From Candidatus Melainabacteria bacterium (lineage in GTDB: Bacteria; Cyanobacteriota; Vampirovibrionia; 2-02-FULL-35-15): a DNA stretch of 64,000 nt. Positions 8,869 through 20,592 of the stretch are shown here, piece after piece (the stretch's first letter is position 1; each line of letters begins with the position of its first letter). The stretch lies in the NCBI GenBank assembly GCA_016193285.1, contig JACPSL010000002.1, forward strand, positions 1 through 64,000, read 5' to 3'. The notes beneath the pieces were generated by a model. It was not told the origin of the DNA, ran no database searches, and saw only the letters and a list, made by a program, of their open reading frames with translations. Position numbers and translations under genes: made by a program.

Positions 8869-9151
8869 TTCTAGAGAATCAGAGAATCAGAAATCAGCTA
8901 CAACTCTAAGTTGTTAATATATTATATACCTCAATCAAGAAGTATGTATTCATTTTATGTAATTACTCAGGTGGCTCTGCGGTGACATAGCTCCTCGAGC
9001 CACCTTTCCATAGACCGCTCGGCTCGCCCAAATAAATTGGATCAAGCCTCGCTTTATTAAATAGCACAATTTCGTGAAGGATAACCTAAGATAAATTAAC
9101 ATGCTGAGTAGTTACCATTTCATGAAGTATGCTACGAAATTAAATCATATG

Positions 9152-9190
9152 TGTAGATAAATTTAAAGTAGTGGTTTAAATTTATCTACA
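9152..9190. promoter_or_regulatory. perfect 13-bp inverted repeat TGTAGATAAATTT-N13-AAATTTATCTACA, 19 bp upstream of an ATPase gene
   Basis: Seen directly. Candidate operator or hairpin. Confidence 0.3.
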
Positions 9191-9208
9191 TAAGCCTATA
9201 ATAATAAT

Positions 9209-12425
<3,217 letters not shown>

Positions 12426-12429
12426 AGCC

Positions 12430-12792
12430 ATGAAAATATATAAACTAAATTCTTTAACTACATTTCTTGTTGCATTATTAATTATTAGTTTGGTAACTTT
12501 CCTGCCAATAACAATGATTGAACTATTTTGGAATACTGCGATTGGGAAAAATTTTACAGATTTAACTGTCAACTTTTGGCAAGCATTAATACTTTGGTTA
12601 ATCATATTAATTACACTAAGCATATTAGGGATATTTAAGTTTGAGTTTGTAATTGAAACACATAAAGTAACTGATAAGGATTTACTTGATAAGAATCTAC
12701 TAAAAAGAAAAATAGAAAGCTTACAAAGCGAATCAGAAAAAACTCCAGAAACTGAGATTAGCATCAAAAGGGACAAGGAAGAAGGTAAATAA
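12430..12792 (+). CDS. small membrane protein (hypothetical)
   Basis: Two to three hydrophobic helices. It starts 5 bp after ligA. Confidence 0.4.
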   Translation: MKIYKLNSLTTFLVALLIISLVTFLPITMIELFWNTAIGKNFTDLTVNFWQALILWLIILITLSILGIFKFEFVIETHKVTDKDLLDKNLLKRKIESLQSESEKTPETEISIKRDKEEGK

Positions 12793-12822
12793 CTGCTTAT
12801 ACTGTCAAATCTTTAATTAATC

Positions 12823-13500
12823 ATGCTTTTTACTAGTGCTATGAAAATTCAATTAAAAATAAGCCTGTTAATAATTTTTTTAACATTTTGTTTGCCAGCA
12901 AAAAGTACAAGCATTGATCGGTACGATAACTTGCTAAATAAGTTAGATAATTTACAAGCGAAAAAAACATTAGTTCTTACTTTTCAACATGATGAATTGC
13001 CTGTACTTGACGGGACATGGATACTTAAAAAGAAATCCATTAAAAGAATAGAAGCTCCTCTTCGCCAACCGATGACTCATTCACTTTGTAATTCAAGATT
13101 ACCATTTAAAGAAGACCAAATTGAGAAAGAAATAATTCTTAGTTCAAGAGGACAAGATTTTTTTGTATTTAGATCTATTTATCCTGCTACGGTTGACACT
13201 TATTTGAATTTAACCAAAACTAAAACAGCCCAGTATCAAAATTCTAGTTTAAAAGGTGTTGTTATCCCTGAAGAAATTACTTACGCTTATACTTTAAAAC
13301 TTATAAACCATCTGGAAAACCCAGCATATGTCAGGCAACTTTTTTATAGAGGGAAAATAATAACCAAGAGTATTTCCAGAGATAGAATTTCTGGCGAAGG
13401 ATATGAAATTGAATATACTCCTGAGTGTCAAGGCTTTGTTAGAAATGAAATAGTCTTTGAAATGATTAAGCAAAACAGTAATGAGCAATTAGGCATATAG
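12823..13500 (+). CDS. hypothetical secreted protein
   Basis: N-terminal signal-like segment MKIQLKISLLIIFLTFCLPAKS. Confidence 0.4.
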   Translation: MLFTSAMKIQLKISLLIIFLTFCLPAKSTSIDRYDNLLNKLDNLQAKKTLVLTFQHDELPVLDGTWILKKKSIKRIEAPLRQPMTHSLCNSRLPFKEDQIEKEIILSSRGQDFFVFRSIYPATVDTYLNLTKTKTAQYQNSSLKGVVIPEEITYAYTLKLINHLENPAYVRQLFYRGKIITKSISRDRISGEGYEIEYTPECQGFVRNEIVFEMIKQNSNEQLGI

Positions 13501-14307
13501 TTTACCATTTCTTAAAGCCATTTCAATATTTTTTACTTTTTCCATTAATTTTTTAAAGTCATCTAACTCTAATGCTTGCTGTTTATCACAAAGTGCAGCT
13601 TTTGGATTGTTGTGAACTTCAATAATTAATCCATTTGCACCAAGTGCAATTCCAGATAGTGCAAGAGGAGTTACATATTCTTTCTTCCCTGCTGGATGGC
13701 TTGGATCAAAAATTGTAATAAAACCTGCTTCTTGAAATTTTAAAATTGCTATATGATCAGCAGTAAACCTACCAGTGCCAGAAGCAGAGCTAAAAGTGGT
13801 AATGCCTCTTTCACACATTAGTACTGGACTGCCGCCAGCCTTTGCATATTCTGCCGCTAAAACCATTTCGTCTACAGTAGATCCTTTGCCTCTTTTTAAA
13901 AGTACAGGAATACCAGTTTTACCTACTTCTTTAAGAAGAAAATAGTTTTGGGCATTTCTTGAACCAATTTGAAAAATAAAAGGATGCCCTTTTGAAGCAG
14001 AAGTAATGGTACTTATCTGGCTTGCATCTATAACCTCAGTAACAACAGGTACATTAAATTTATTTCCTGCACTAAATAATAATTCTAAGCCTAAAGTACC
14101 TAAGCCTTGAAATGAATCAGGAGAAGTTCTTGGTTTATAAGCACCACCTCTAAACAAGGTAGCACCACTTTTTACAACGTGCTCTGCAATAGTAAATATT
14201 TGGCTCTCTGATTCAATTGCACATGGCCCAGCTATGTAAAAATTCTTACCTGGGTTTATGGTTATATCACCAACTTGAATTTTTCCATCACTACTTTTGT
14301 TATTCAT
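13489..14307 (-). CDS. 3-deoxy-7-phosphoheptulonate (DAHP) synthase, class I-beta catalytic core without a regulatory domain (AroF/AroG type)
   Basis: YIAGPCAIES, RGGAYKPRTSPDSFQGLG, QIGSRN, LLKRG, MCERG, DPSH and EVHNNP all match DAHPS I-beta. KDO8P synthase would instead show KSSFDKANRSS and QIPAF. RBS GGAGGAG. Confidence 0.85.
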   Translation of the reverse strand: MNNKSSDGKIQVGDITINPGKNFYIAGPCAIESESQIFTIAEHVVKSGATLFRGGAYKPRTSPDSFQGLGTLGLELLFSAGNKFNVPVVTEVIDASQISTITSASKGHPFIFQIGSRNAQNYFLLKEVGKTGIPVLLKRGKGSTVDEMVLAAEYAKAGGSPVLMCERGITTFSSASGTGRFTADHIAILKFQEAGFITIFDPSHPAGKKEYVTPLALSGIALGANGLIIEVHNNPKAALCDKQQALELDDFKKLMEKVKNIEMALRNGKLYA

Positions 14308-14325
14308 ACTTCCTTCTTCTCCTCC

Positions 14326-14361
14326 TAAAAATAAAAAACCCTGCTTTTTTTAGAGCAGGGT
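14326..14361 (-). terminator. Rho-independent terminator (AACCCTGCT-N8-AGCAGGGTT followed by UUUUUUAUUUUU) ending 2 nt before the aroF-like RBS; the terminator arm of an attenuator
   Basis: Seen directly on the minus strand. An alternative antiterminator segment AGAGCAGG at 14398..14405 is perfectly complementary to CCTGCTCT of the 5' arm. Confidence 0.55.
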
Positions 14362-14387
14362 TAATAAGTTACAAATTATAATTACAA

Positions 14388-14513
14388 CTAAAATCTACCT
14401 GCTCTTGCAAAGTTTAAATAAAACCAGAAATAATAAGAATTATTTCTTTTAACTAATTTGCCATGGCTTGTAGATAAATTAATCATTGCTAGTTTTATTA
14501 CTTTATACCACAT
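14388..14513 (-). CDS. putative attenuator leader peptide, 41 aa: MWYKVIKLAMINLSTSHGKLVKRNNSYYFWFYLNFARAGRF
   Basis: Translated by hand from the minus strand. It carries the run Tyr-Tyr-Phe-Trp-Phe-Tyr. The ORF reads through the antiterminator segment and stops 26 nt before the terminator 5' arm. Confidence 0.45.
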   Translation of the reverse strand: MWYKVIKLAMINLSTSHGKLVKRNNSYYFWFYLNFARAGRF

Positions 14514-14544
14514 CAGCAGATTAACCTAACATTATTATATTTTT

Positions 14545-14727
14545 TTAACAATTATCATGCAAAATTACAACTTTATACAATTCTTCTGCTTGATTCGTAA
14601 TTATGTAACTTACACCAAGAGATATTAATTTATTAACTTCTTTAAGTTCTTCTTGTTTGCTTTCAAACTCTACAAAAGTCTTTATTACCCTTCGTGATAT
14701 ACTTTCTAACAATACTTTAAAAACTAA
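14545..14727 (-). pseudogene. remnant of a glycerophosphodiester phosphodiesterase-like gene (C-terminal ~60 codons, no start codon)
   Basis: The minus-strand translation is …LVFKVLLESISRRVIKTFVEFESKQEELKEVNKLISLGVSYIITNQAEELYKVVILHDNC*. The LGVsyIITnqaeEL stretch resembles the GDPD C-terminal LGVDGIITDyPdrL. An in-frame stop lies immediately upstream. Confidence 0.3.
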
Positions 14728-14729
14728 TT

Positions 14730-15695
14730 ATGTTTGTATCTAGATTGGCTTCTAAGCTTTTTTCTACGTCTGTGCAAAGACCAATAACTAACATTTCAAC
14801 CCCTATGAAAGAAAATCTTTTTAACCATGTAAGTTACTTATCAAGCTTACAAAGACATGTAAACAATATAAATGGTTTAAATCAAGCTGGAGATTATATC
14901 CGCAGTCAATGGAATAATATGGGTTTGAAAGTTACTGAACAAAAATTTGAGGGTCCATCAGGAGACTCAAATGAATATAAAAACTTAATAGTTTCTTTTG
15001 GACCACAAAATGCACCAAGGATAATTCTTGGTGCACACTATGACTCTGAAGCAGAAAGTTTAACTCCTGGTGCAGATGATAATGCAAGCGGAATTGCTGG
15101 GATCATTGAAATTAGCAGATTATTAAAAGAAAAAAATCCAAGACTAACAAAAAGAATTGATGTTGTTGCATACACTACTGAAGAAAGACCACATTGTGCA
15201 CTTGACAATGGTGAGCTAGTAAAACATGTGCCTTACATGGGAAGTTATGTCCATGCAAAATCATTAAAAAAAGAAAATGTACCTGTAGTTGGTGCAATTA
15301 TTCTTGAAATGATTGGATATTTCTCTGACTTGGAAAATTCCCAGGAATATCCTTCCAAATTACTTAAACTCTTTTATCCAGTTACTGGAGACTTTATTGG
15401 TGTAGTTGGAAATTTAAATAGTTTTGATTTTATACAAAAAGTAAAAAGTAGTTTAAAAAAACATAGCTCGATTGATGTTAGATCAATTAGCATTCCCAGA
15501 ATTATAATTCCGGATATTAGCCGTTCTGATCATGACAGTTATTATGCTCATGGATACAAAGCTCTAATGGTTACTGATACAGCTGATTTTAGGAATCCAA
15601 ATTATCATAAAAGTACAGATACACCAGATACTTTAAGCTATGAGAAGATGGCAGAAATAGTAAAAGGTGTTTATGGGACTTTAATAAGTTTGTAA
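14730..15695 (+). CDS. M28-family zinc peptidase (aminopeptidase)
   Basis: ILGAHYDSEAESLTPGADDNASGIAGIIEISRLL is a metal-binding H/D/DD/E-type pattern of peptidase M28. Confidence 0.8.
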   Translation: MFVSRLASKLFSTSVQRPITNISTPMKENLFNHVSYLSSLQRHVNNINGLNQAGDYIRSQWNNMGLKVTEQKFEGPSGDSNEYKNLIVSFGPQNAPRIILGAHYDSEAESLTPGADDNASGIAGIIEISRLLKEKNPRLTKRIDVVAYTTEERPHCALDNGELVKHVPYMGSYVHAKSLKKENVPVVGAIILEMIGYFSDLENSQEYPSKLLKLFYPVTGDFIGVVGNLNSFDFIQKVKSSLKKHSSIDVRSISIPRIIIPDISRSDHDSYYAHGYKALMVTDTADFRNPNYHKSTDTPDTLSYEKMAEIVKGVYGTLISL

Positions 15696-15704
15696 GGGCA
15701 GATT

Positions 15705-15902
15705 TTAAACACGCCTTGAAATACCAAAAAGTAAAGTAATAATACTACCAAGTATTGCTGAGAAAAAAATTAAAAATCCTACATTTACTCTTAAGCTTAA
15801 AAAGCTTGACTCCAGCATTATGTTATTGGAACTGTTAAGAAAAATCATTAATGCTACAAGTAAAATAAGTACTAATGTTGATAATCTAAAGAATTTTTTC
15901 AT
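15705..15902 (-). CDS. small inner-membrane protein (LapA/DUF1049-like?)
   Basis: Two TM helices in a 65-aa protein. The family call is weak. Confidence 0.3.
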   Translation of the reverse strand: MKKFFRLSTLVLILLVALMIFLNSSNNIMLESSFLSLRVNVGFLIFFSAILGSIITLLFGISRRV

Positions 15903-15974
15903 AGATTTATTGTACTTTAAGGTGTTTTAAAATTGTCATTTATGGGATTACTGATATTAAGGTGATTTACAATT

Positions 15975-16439
15975 ATGACATTAGACCCAATATTAATTAA
16001 AACAAGCACACGGATAAAAGAAATTGTACTGTGTATAATTCATCCATTAAAAGGAACAGAATTAGAAGGAAAGTTAGTACAATTTGAAGCAAACCCAAAT
16101 GATCCTAGCTATAACCAAGAACTTGAAAAACAAATTAAATCAACACATCCAACTTTAGAATTTCTCTTAATAAGAAAAATTAAACCATTACTGGAAGAAA
16201 TAGCAGATAATGAAAAAATTGATGAATTATTTAATAAATTTCCTCCAGAAGGAACAGCAGTGTTAGCTAACTTACTAAATTTAATTGAAAATAAACCAAA
16301 TTTACTTTTTGAAGGTAACATACAAGCTTCATTAACTGATACTCCACAAGAAGAATACAGAACAAAAATGTTTTTAAATCTTTTACATAGTGCTCTAAAT
16401 GTACATCCTACTGCTTTTGATTTAGAAGAAACTCAATAA
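15975..16439 (+). CDS. hypothetical protein (154 aa)
   Basis: ORF only. Confidence 0.35.
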   Translation: MTLDPILIKTSTRIKEIVLCIIHPLKGTELEGKLVQFEANPNDPSYNQELEKQIKSTHPTLEFLLIRKIKPLLEEIADNEKIDELFNKFPPEGTAVLANLLNLIENKPNLLFEGNIQASLTDTPQEEYRTKMFLNLLHSALNVHPTAFDLEETQ

Positions 16440-17364
16440 ATCTTACTGGAATAGTTAACTCTAACTTAATCTCTTTTTTAGTTCTTGGATGTAAAAACAC
16501 TAGCTTATATGCATGAAGCATCATTAAATTAGCAGGATCATTTTTCTTACCATAGATTTTATCACCTACAATTGGGTGTCCAATGCTTTTCATATGAACA
16601 CGTATTTGATGTGTACGACCAGTTTCTAATGTGCATTCCAGTAGAGACGTTTGGCCAAACGTCTCTACTTTCTTATAATGCGTGATTGCTTTTCTTCCAC
16701 CCGCAACAACAGCCATTTTATGTCTGTGAATTCTATCTCGTCCAATTGGTTTATTAATTGTTCCATGATCATATTCAAGTTTCCCATGAACAATGGCTAA
16801 ATAACTTCGCTTTAATTTTCTTTCTTGAATTTGTTTTGCAATTTCTTTATGTGATTTATCATTTTTACAAGCAATGATTAAACCAGATGTATCTTTGTCT
16901 AGTCTATGAACAATACCAGGCCTTAAAACACCATTAATTCCTGAGAGAGAATTTTTGCAATGATAGAGAAGTGCATTAACAAGTGTTCCTTTGTAAATCC
17001 CACTAGCTGGATGAGTTACCATCCCTTGTGGTTTATTAATTACAATTAAATCCTTATCTTCAAATACAACATCTAATTTAATATTTTCAGGTTCAACTTG
17101 AATCTCTTTTAAATCAGGAAGAGAAACAGAAATTATGTCACCTTTCTTTATTTTATAGCCGGACTTTGTGGTTTTTTTATTTATAAGAATTTGATTTTCA
17201 TTGATTAATCTCTTTATAAATGTACGAGAAATAGCAGACACAAGATCTGCTCCTACCTGATTCAAAACAAATTTGTCCAACCTTTCCCCAGAAAATTTAT
17301 CTGAAACAATAAGTGTTCTTTCCTTTTTATAGGGCTTACCATGGTAAGCCCCTACTCTTACCAC
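16408..17364 (-). CDS. rluD: RluA/RluD-family 23S rRNA pseudouridine synthase
   Basis: Catalytic motif HRLDKDTSGLII and an N-terminal S4-like domain. Length 318 aa. Confidence 0.8.
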   Translation of the reverse strand: MVRVGAYHGKPYKKERTLIVSDKFSGERLDKFVLNQVGADLVSAISRTFIKRLINENQILINKKTTKSGYKIKKGDIISVSLPDLKEIQVEPENIKLDVVFEDKDLIVINKPQGMVTHPASGIYKGTLVNALLYHCKNSLSGINGVLRPGIVHRLDKDTSGLIIACKNDKSHKEIAKQIQERKLKRSYLAIVHGKLEYDHGTINKPIGRDRIHRHKMAVVAGGRKAITHYKKVETFGQTSLLECTLETGRTHQIRVHMKSIGHPIVGDKIYGKKNDPANLMMLHAYKLVFLHPRTKKEIKLELTIPVRFIEFLLNQKQ

Positions 17365-17817
17365 TTACCTTTTCCTTATCCATTCAATTAGGATTAATAT
17401 AACTCCAAGATCAATAAACACATCAGCTAAATTAAACACAGCAAAATTAATAAATTGCAAATCTAAAAAATCAATAACACCATTAAGCAAAAACCTGTCT
17501 ATTAAATTCCCAACTGTCCCACCTAAAACCAAGCTACAACCAATTTTCATAAAGTTACTAAGTTTAACTACAGAACAAAATGTTAAATAAGAAAAAATAA
17601 ATACATTAATTACTCCAATAATTTTAAAATAAACTGGATACTGATTAAAAATACTAAAAGCACCACCGCTATTTTGAACTACTAAAAATTGCATTACATT
17701 TGGAATAAAAGGCTTACTATTATTTAATCCTACACTTTCAAGCATGAATCTTTTAGTAAATTGATCTAATAAAACAACAATGACAAATATTGAAAAATAT
17801 AAAAATATTCTTTTCAC
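17365..17817 (-). CDS. lspA: lipoprotein signal peptidase II
   Basis: NSGGAFSIF and FNLADVFIDLGVILIL motifs with four TM segments. Length 150 aa. Confidence 0.85.
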   Translation of the reverse strand: MKRIFLYFSIFVIVVLLDQFTKRFMLESVGLNNSKPFIPNVMQFLVVQNSGGAFSIFNQYPVYFKIIGVINVFIFSYLTFCSVVKLSNFMKIGCSLVLGGTVGNLIDRFLLNGVIDFLDLQFINFAVFNLADVFIDLGVILILIEWIRKR

Positions 17818-18599
17818 TAAACTATGCCTCTTTTTGTCGATTTAAAAAATTGGATTAGTTTTTTAATTTCATCAAACTGGATAAGTTCATTTTGAACTTT
17901 TTCAAGAGCATTTGTTGTATTTAAATCAGAAAGATAAATAATTTTATAAGCTTCCTTTAGAGCATTTCTAACTTCTAATCTAACACCACGTCTTCTTAAA
18001 CCTACATTATTTACTCCAACTATTTTTGCAGGTCTTCCATCAGCTATAAAATATGGAGGCAGATCAAGTCTGCTTCCTGTCATACCACCGACCATTGCAG
18101 ACTCACCAATCCTACAATGCTGATGAATAGTGCATAGTGCACTTATAAAAACATAATCTTCAACAATAACATAACCAGCAAGTATTGTAGAATTTGCCAT
18201 GATTACATTATTTCCAACTTGAACATTGTGGCCAATGTGAACATAGTTCATTAAAAAACAATTTTTTCCAATAGTTGTAAATCCTTCTTTTGTTGCCCTA
18301 TGAATAGTTACATATTCTCTAATAACAGTATTCTCTCCAATTTTTACTCCTGTGTCCTCACCTTTGTAGCTTAGATCTTGTGGAGGTAATCCAATACTAC
18401 ATGCTCCAAGTAATTTGCAATGCGGGCCTATTTCTGTTCTTCCTTCTATAATTACATGAGGTCCAATATAAGTATCTTCATTAATTTCAACTTCAGGTCC
18501 AATAACAGAATATGGTCCAATTTCTACACCAGGACTAATCTTTGCTTTGGGTGATATTATTGCTGTTGAATGAATCTTAGACTTTTCTAAAGTTGGCAT
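17817..18599 (-). CDS. lpxA: acyl-ACP--UDP-N-acetylglucosamine O-acyltransferase
   Basis: Hexapeptide repeats throughout the N-terminal region, plus the LpxA C-terminal helical region (NNVGLRRRGV…). Length 260 aa. Confidence 0.9.
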   Translation of the reverse strand: MPTLEKSKIHSTAIISPKAKISPGVEIGPYSVIGPEVEINEDTYIGPHVIIEGRTEIGPHCKLLGACSIGLPPQDLSYKGEDTGVKIGENTVIREYVTIHRATKEGFTTIGKNCFLMNYVHIGHNVQVGNNVIMANSTILAGYVIVEDYVFISALCTIHQHCRIGESAMVGGMTGSRLDLPPYFIADGRPAKIVGVNNVGLRRRGVRLEVRNALKEAYKIIYLSDLNTTNALEKVQNELIQFDEIKKLIQFFKSTKRGIV

Positions 18600-18613
18600 A
18601 AAATTAGTTTATC

Positions 18614-19087
18614 ATGAATGATCTGGCTATAGAAAATATTAAAGAATTTGAGCTTTTAGATAAAGCATTGTCTAATTCAATAGACATAGAGATTCTAAAA
18701 GATCTTGAAGACTACCTTGACATTGTAAGAAAAAAAAGTAATGCACTTGCTTCAAGCTTAAAAAGATGTTTTGAAAATGCAAGAAAAAGTATGAGATATT
18801 TATTAGTTTATAAACTAGGTAAACAAAAACCTCGAAACCTTGAAACCTCGAAACCTTTTAACGATAATGATAAAGAGCTGGAAAACTATTTACAGGATTA
18901 TTTAAAAGATTATTTTGAAAAAAATGATTTTATGCATTATAGAGAGTTTGTAAGACTTTTACGAGCATGTACTATTAATGTAGGTGGTGAAGTCAGCTCA
19001 CATATAAAAGTTATGTACAATGGGTTTTTTTTAGGTAAACGTTTAGTTAAAGCTTATAAGCTAGGAAGAGAATTAATTTCTTCATAA
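18614..19087 (+). CDS. hypothetical protein (157 aa)
   Basis: ORF only. It is followed by a terminator. Confidence 0.4.
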   Translation: MNDLAIENIKEFELLDKALSNSIDIEILKDLEDYLDIVRKKSNALASSLKRCFENARKSMRYLLVYKLGKQKPRNLETSKPFNDNDKELENYLQDYLKDYFEKNDFMHYREFVRLLRACTINVGGEVSSHIKVMYNGFFLGKRLVKAYKLGRELISS

Positions 19088-19155
19088 TCTTTCTTAATTT
19101 TTAAGCTATCAACTTTTATAAAAAAGGCCTTTTTATAAACAGAACCAGGAAACTG

Positions 19156-19177
19156 GTTTTTATAAGATCGTTTTATT
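19156..19177 (+). terminator. Rho-independent terminator AACCAG-GAAA-CTGGTT + TTTTAT
   Basis: A 6-bp stem with a GAAA tetraloop and a U-tract, seen directly downstream of 18614..19087. A second palindrome AAAAAGGCCTTTTT lies just upstream. Confidence 0.5.
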
Positions 19178-19205
19178 TAAGAAAAATATTTTAGGAAAGA
19201 AATAA

Positions 19206-20504
19206 ATGTTTGTACTTAGTGTAGATGCAGCAGCAATAGCAGCCACAACTGCAAGAACTATAAGAGCAGACTTATCAAGAGTTTTTGATAAGGTCTCTAA
19301 AGACGGTATTAAAGAAACATTTAAAGACACCTGGAAAACTGCAGATCAAATCCAAAAACTACAACTTGGAAACGGTGTCATGACTGCAATAACTAGTTTA
19401 ATTTCAGGTACTGTTACTAATCCTCTTACTTTAATTGGTATTGGATTACCAATTGCATCTTTCTTTTTACCATGGCTTATACCTGTTACAGCTGGCTGGT
19501 TTGCACTACAAGCACTTGATAGCTTAAAAAACACACTATCATCTGCAAAAAATGAAGGAGTATTTAGTTTTAGTACATTATTAAACGCTGCAGCAACAGG
19601 GCTTAGTATATTTTGCATACTACCTGGCGTTGGAGTAGGAGTTGGAAAAGCTTTTCAACTTGCAAAGCTAAAAAGTTTTAGAGTAGTTAAAGGTGATGAA
19701 CTAAAAGAAGTAGCTAAATTGGGAGAAGCTTTAGCAAGAACAAAAGAAGGATTAACACAAGGAATAACAAGGTTAGAAAAAGGCTTTGAAGGAATAGGGA
19801 AAATAATTAAATCAAATGAAGATGATCTTCTAAAGTTTATTACCACTGGAGAAAATCAACTAATTACCAGCAAACTTATTCGTGACATGCATAAGGCATT
19901 ATTAGCAGGTGACCAAGAAAAGTACAAACAATTCAGAAAGTTAGCAGTAGAATGGAAAAGACTCCAAGTCGCACAAAAAAATGCTGACACAATGATAAAG
20001 CAATTAAAAGCTACTGAAGAAGCTGCTGCACGTATTGTGCCAACTAATGAAGGAGCACTAGCTGAGTTTAATCGAATTGCAAACATTGAACTTAGAACTG
20101 ATTACAGTGTTTACTCGAGAGAATTACTTGGAGGTATTTATGGTAGGAGTGGTTACGAATGTTTTGATCGTTTTGCTACATGGTTTAAAAAAGGAAAAAC
20201 TGCTGTAAGTGGTGAAGCAAAAGCTGCTGTCAGTCCAACGGCAGCTCCACCCACAGTACCGTCAACACCAATAACATCTCCTGCATTACCATCGCCAGCC
20301 GGAGCATCAGTGGTACCACCACCACCTTCTATAAATCCATCTGCATCTACCATTAATTTACCACCGAGACCTACTCCACCCCTACCACTACACGATGGGG
20401 CAACAAATGCTGAAATGTTTGCACATGCTGCTGCATTAAACAACCACCAAGTAGCACTTGCGGAATGGGCAATTGCAGCAAGAACTGCAATCGCTAGAGC
20501 TTAA
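19206..20504 (+). CDS. hypothetical membrane protein with a proline-rich C-terminal region
   Basis: N-terminal hydrophobic helices. The C-terminal region is low-complexity (…AAPPTVPSTPITSPALPSPAGASVVPPPPSINPSASTINLPPRPTPPLPL…). Confidence 0.45.
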   Translation: MFVLSVDAAAIAATTARTIRADLSRVFDKVSKDGIKETFKDTWKTADQIQKLQLGNGVMTAITSLISGTVTNPLTLIGIGLPIASFFLPWLIPVTAGWFALQALDSLKNTLSSAKNEGVFSFSTLLNAAATGLSIFCILPGVGVGVGKAFQLAKLKSFRVVKGDELKEVAKLGEALARTKEGLTQGITRLEKGFEGIGKIIKSNEDDLLKFITTGENQLITSKLIRDMHKALLAGDQEKYKQFRKLAVEWKRLQVAQKNADTMIKQLKATEEAAARIVPTNEGALAEFNRIANIELRTDYSVYSRELLGGIYGRSGYECFDRFATWFKKGKTAVSGEAKAAVSPTAAPPTVPSTPITSPALPSPAGASVVPPPPSINPSASTINLPPRPTPPLPLHDGATNAEMFAHAAALNNHQVALAEWAIAARTAIARA

Positions 20505-20592
20505 ACACTAATTATTAAATCACAAAAACTAAATATTTCATAAGTCGAAATTTTGGACTAGGCGCCTGAAATTTCGTGGTATACTTTTTCCT

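Noticed and set aside
8200-8874. ORFs 8200..8424 (+) and 8632..8874 (+) over the integrase and tRNA
   Set aside because: They are antisense to the integrase and overlap the tRNA-Pro gene, and have no motifs.
13489-14307. Alternative call of KDO-8-phosphate synthase (KdsA) for the DAHP-synthase-family gene
   Set aside because: The diagnostic KPRTSPxSFQG and QIGxRN motifs of DAHP synthase I-beta are present, not the KdsA KANRSS/QIPAF motifs. The aromatic-codon attenuator upstream also fits DAHPS.
18825-18856. Short tandem (CGAAACCT)×3 inside ORF 18614..19087
   Set aside because: It has only three imperfect 8-mers encoding KPRNLETSKP, which looks like ordinary coding-sequence repetition.
19346-20443. 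Four minus-strand ORFs (76-96 aa) antisense to the proline-rich protein gene
   Set aside because: They are antisense artefacts of a GC-richer, low-complexity coding region.
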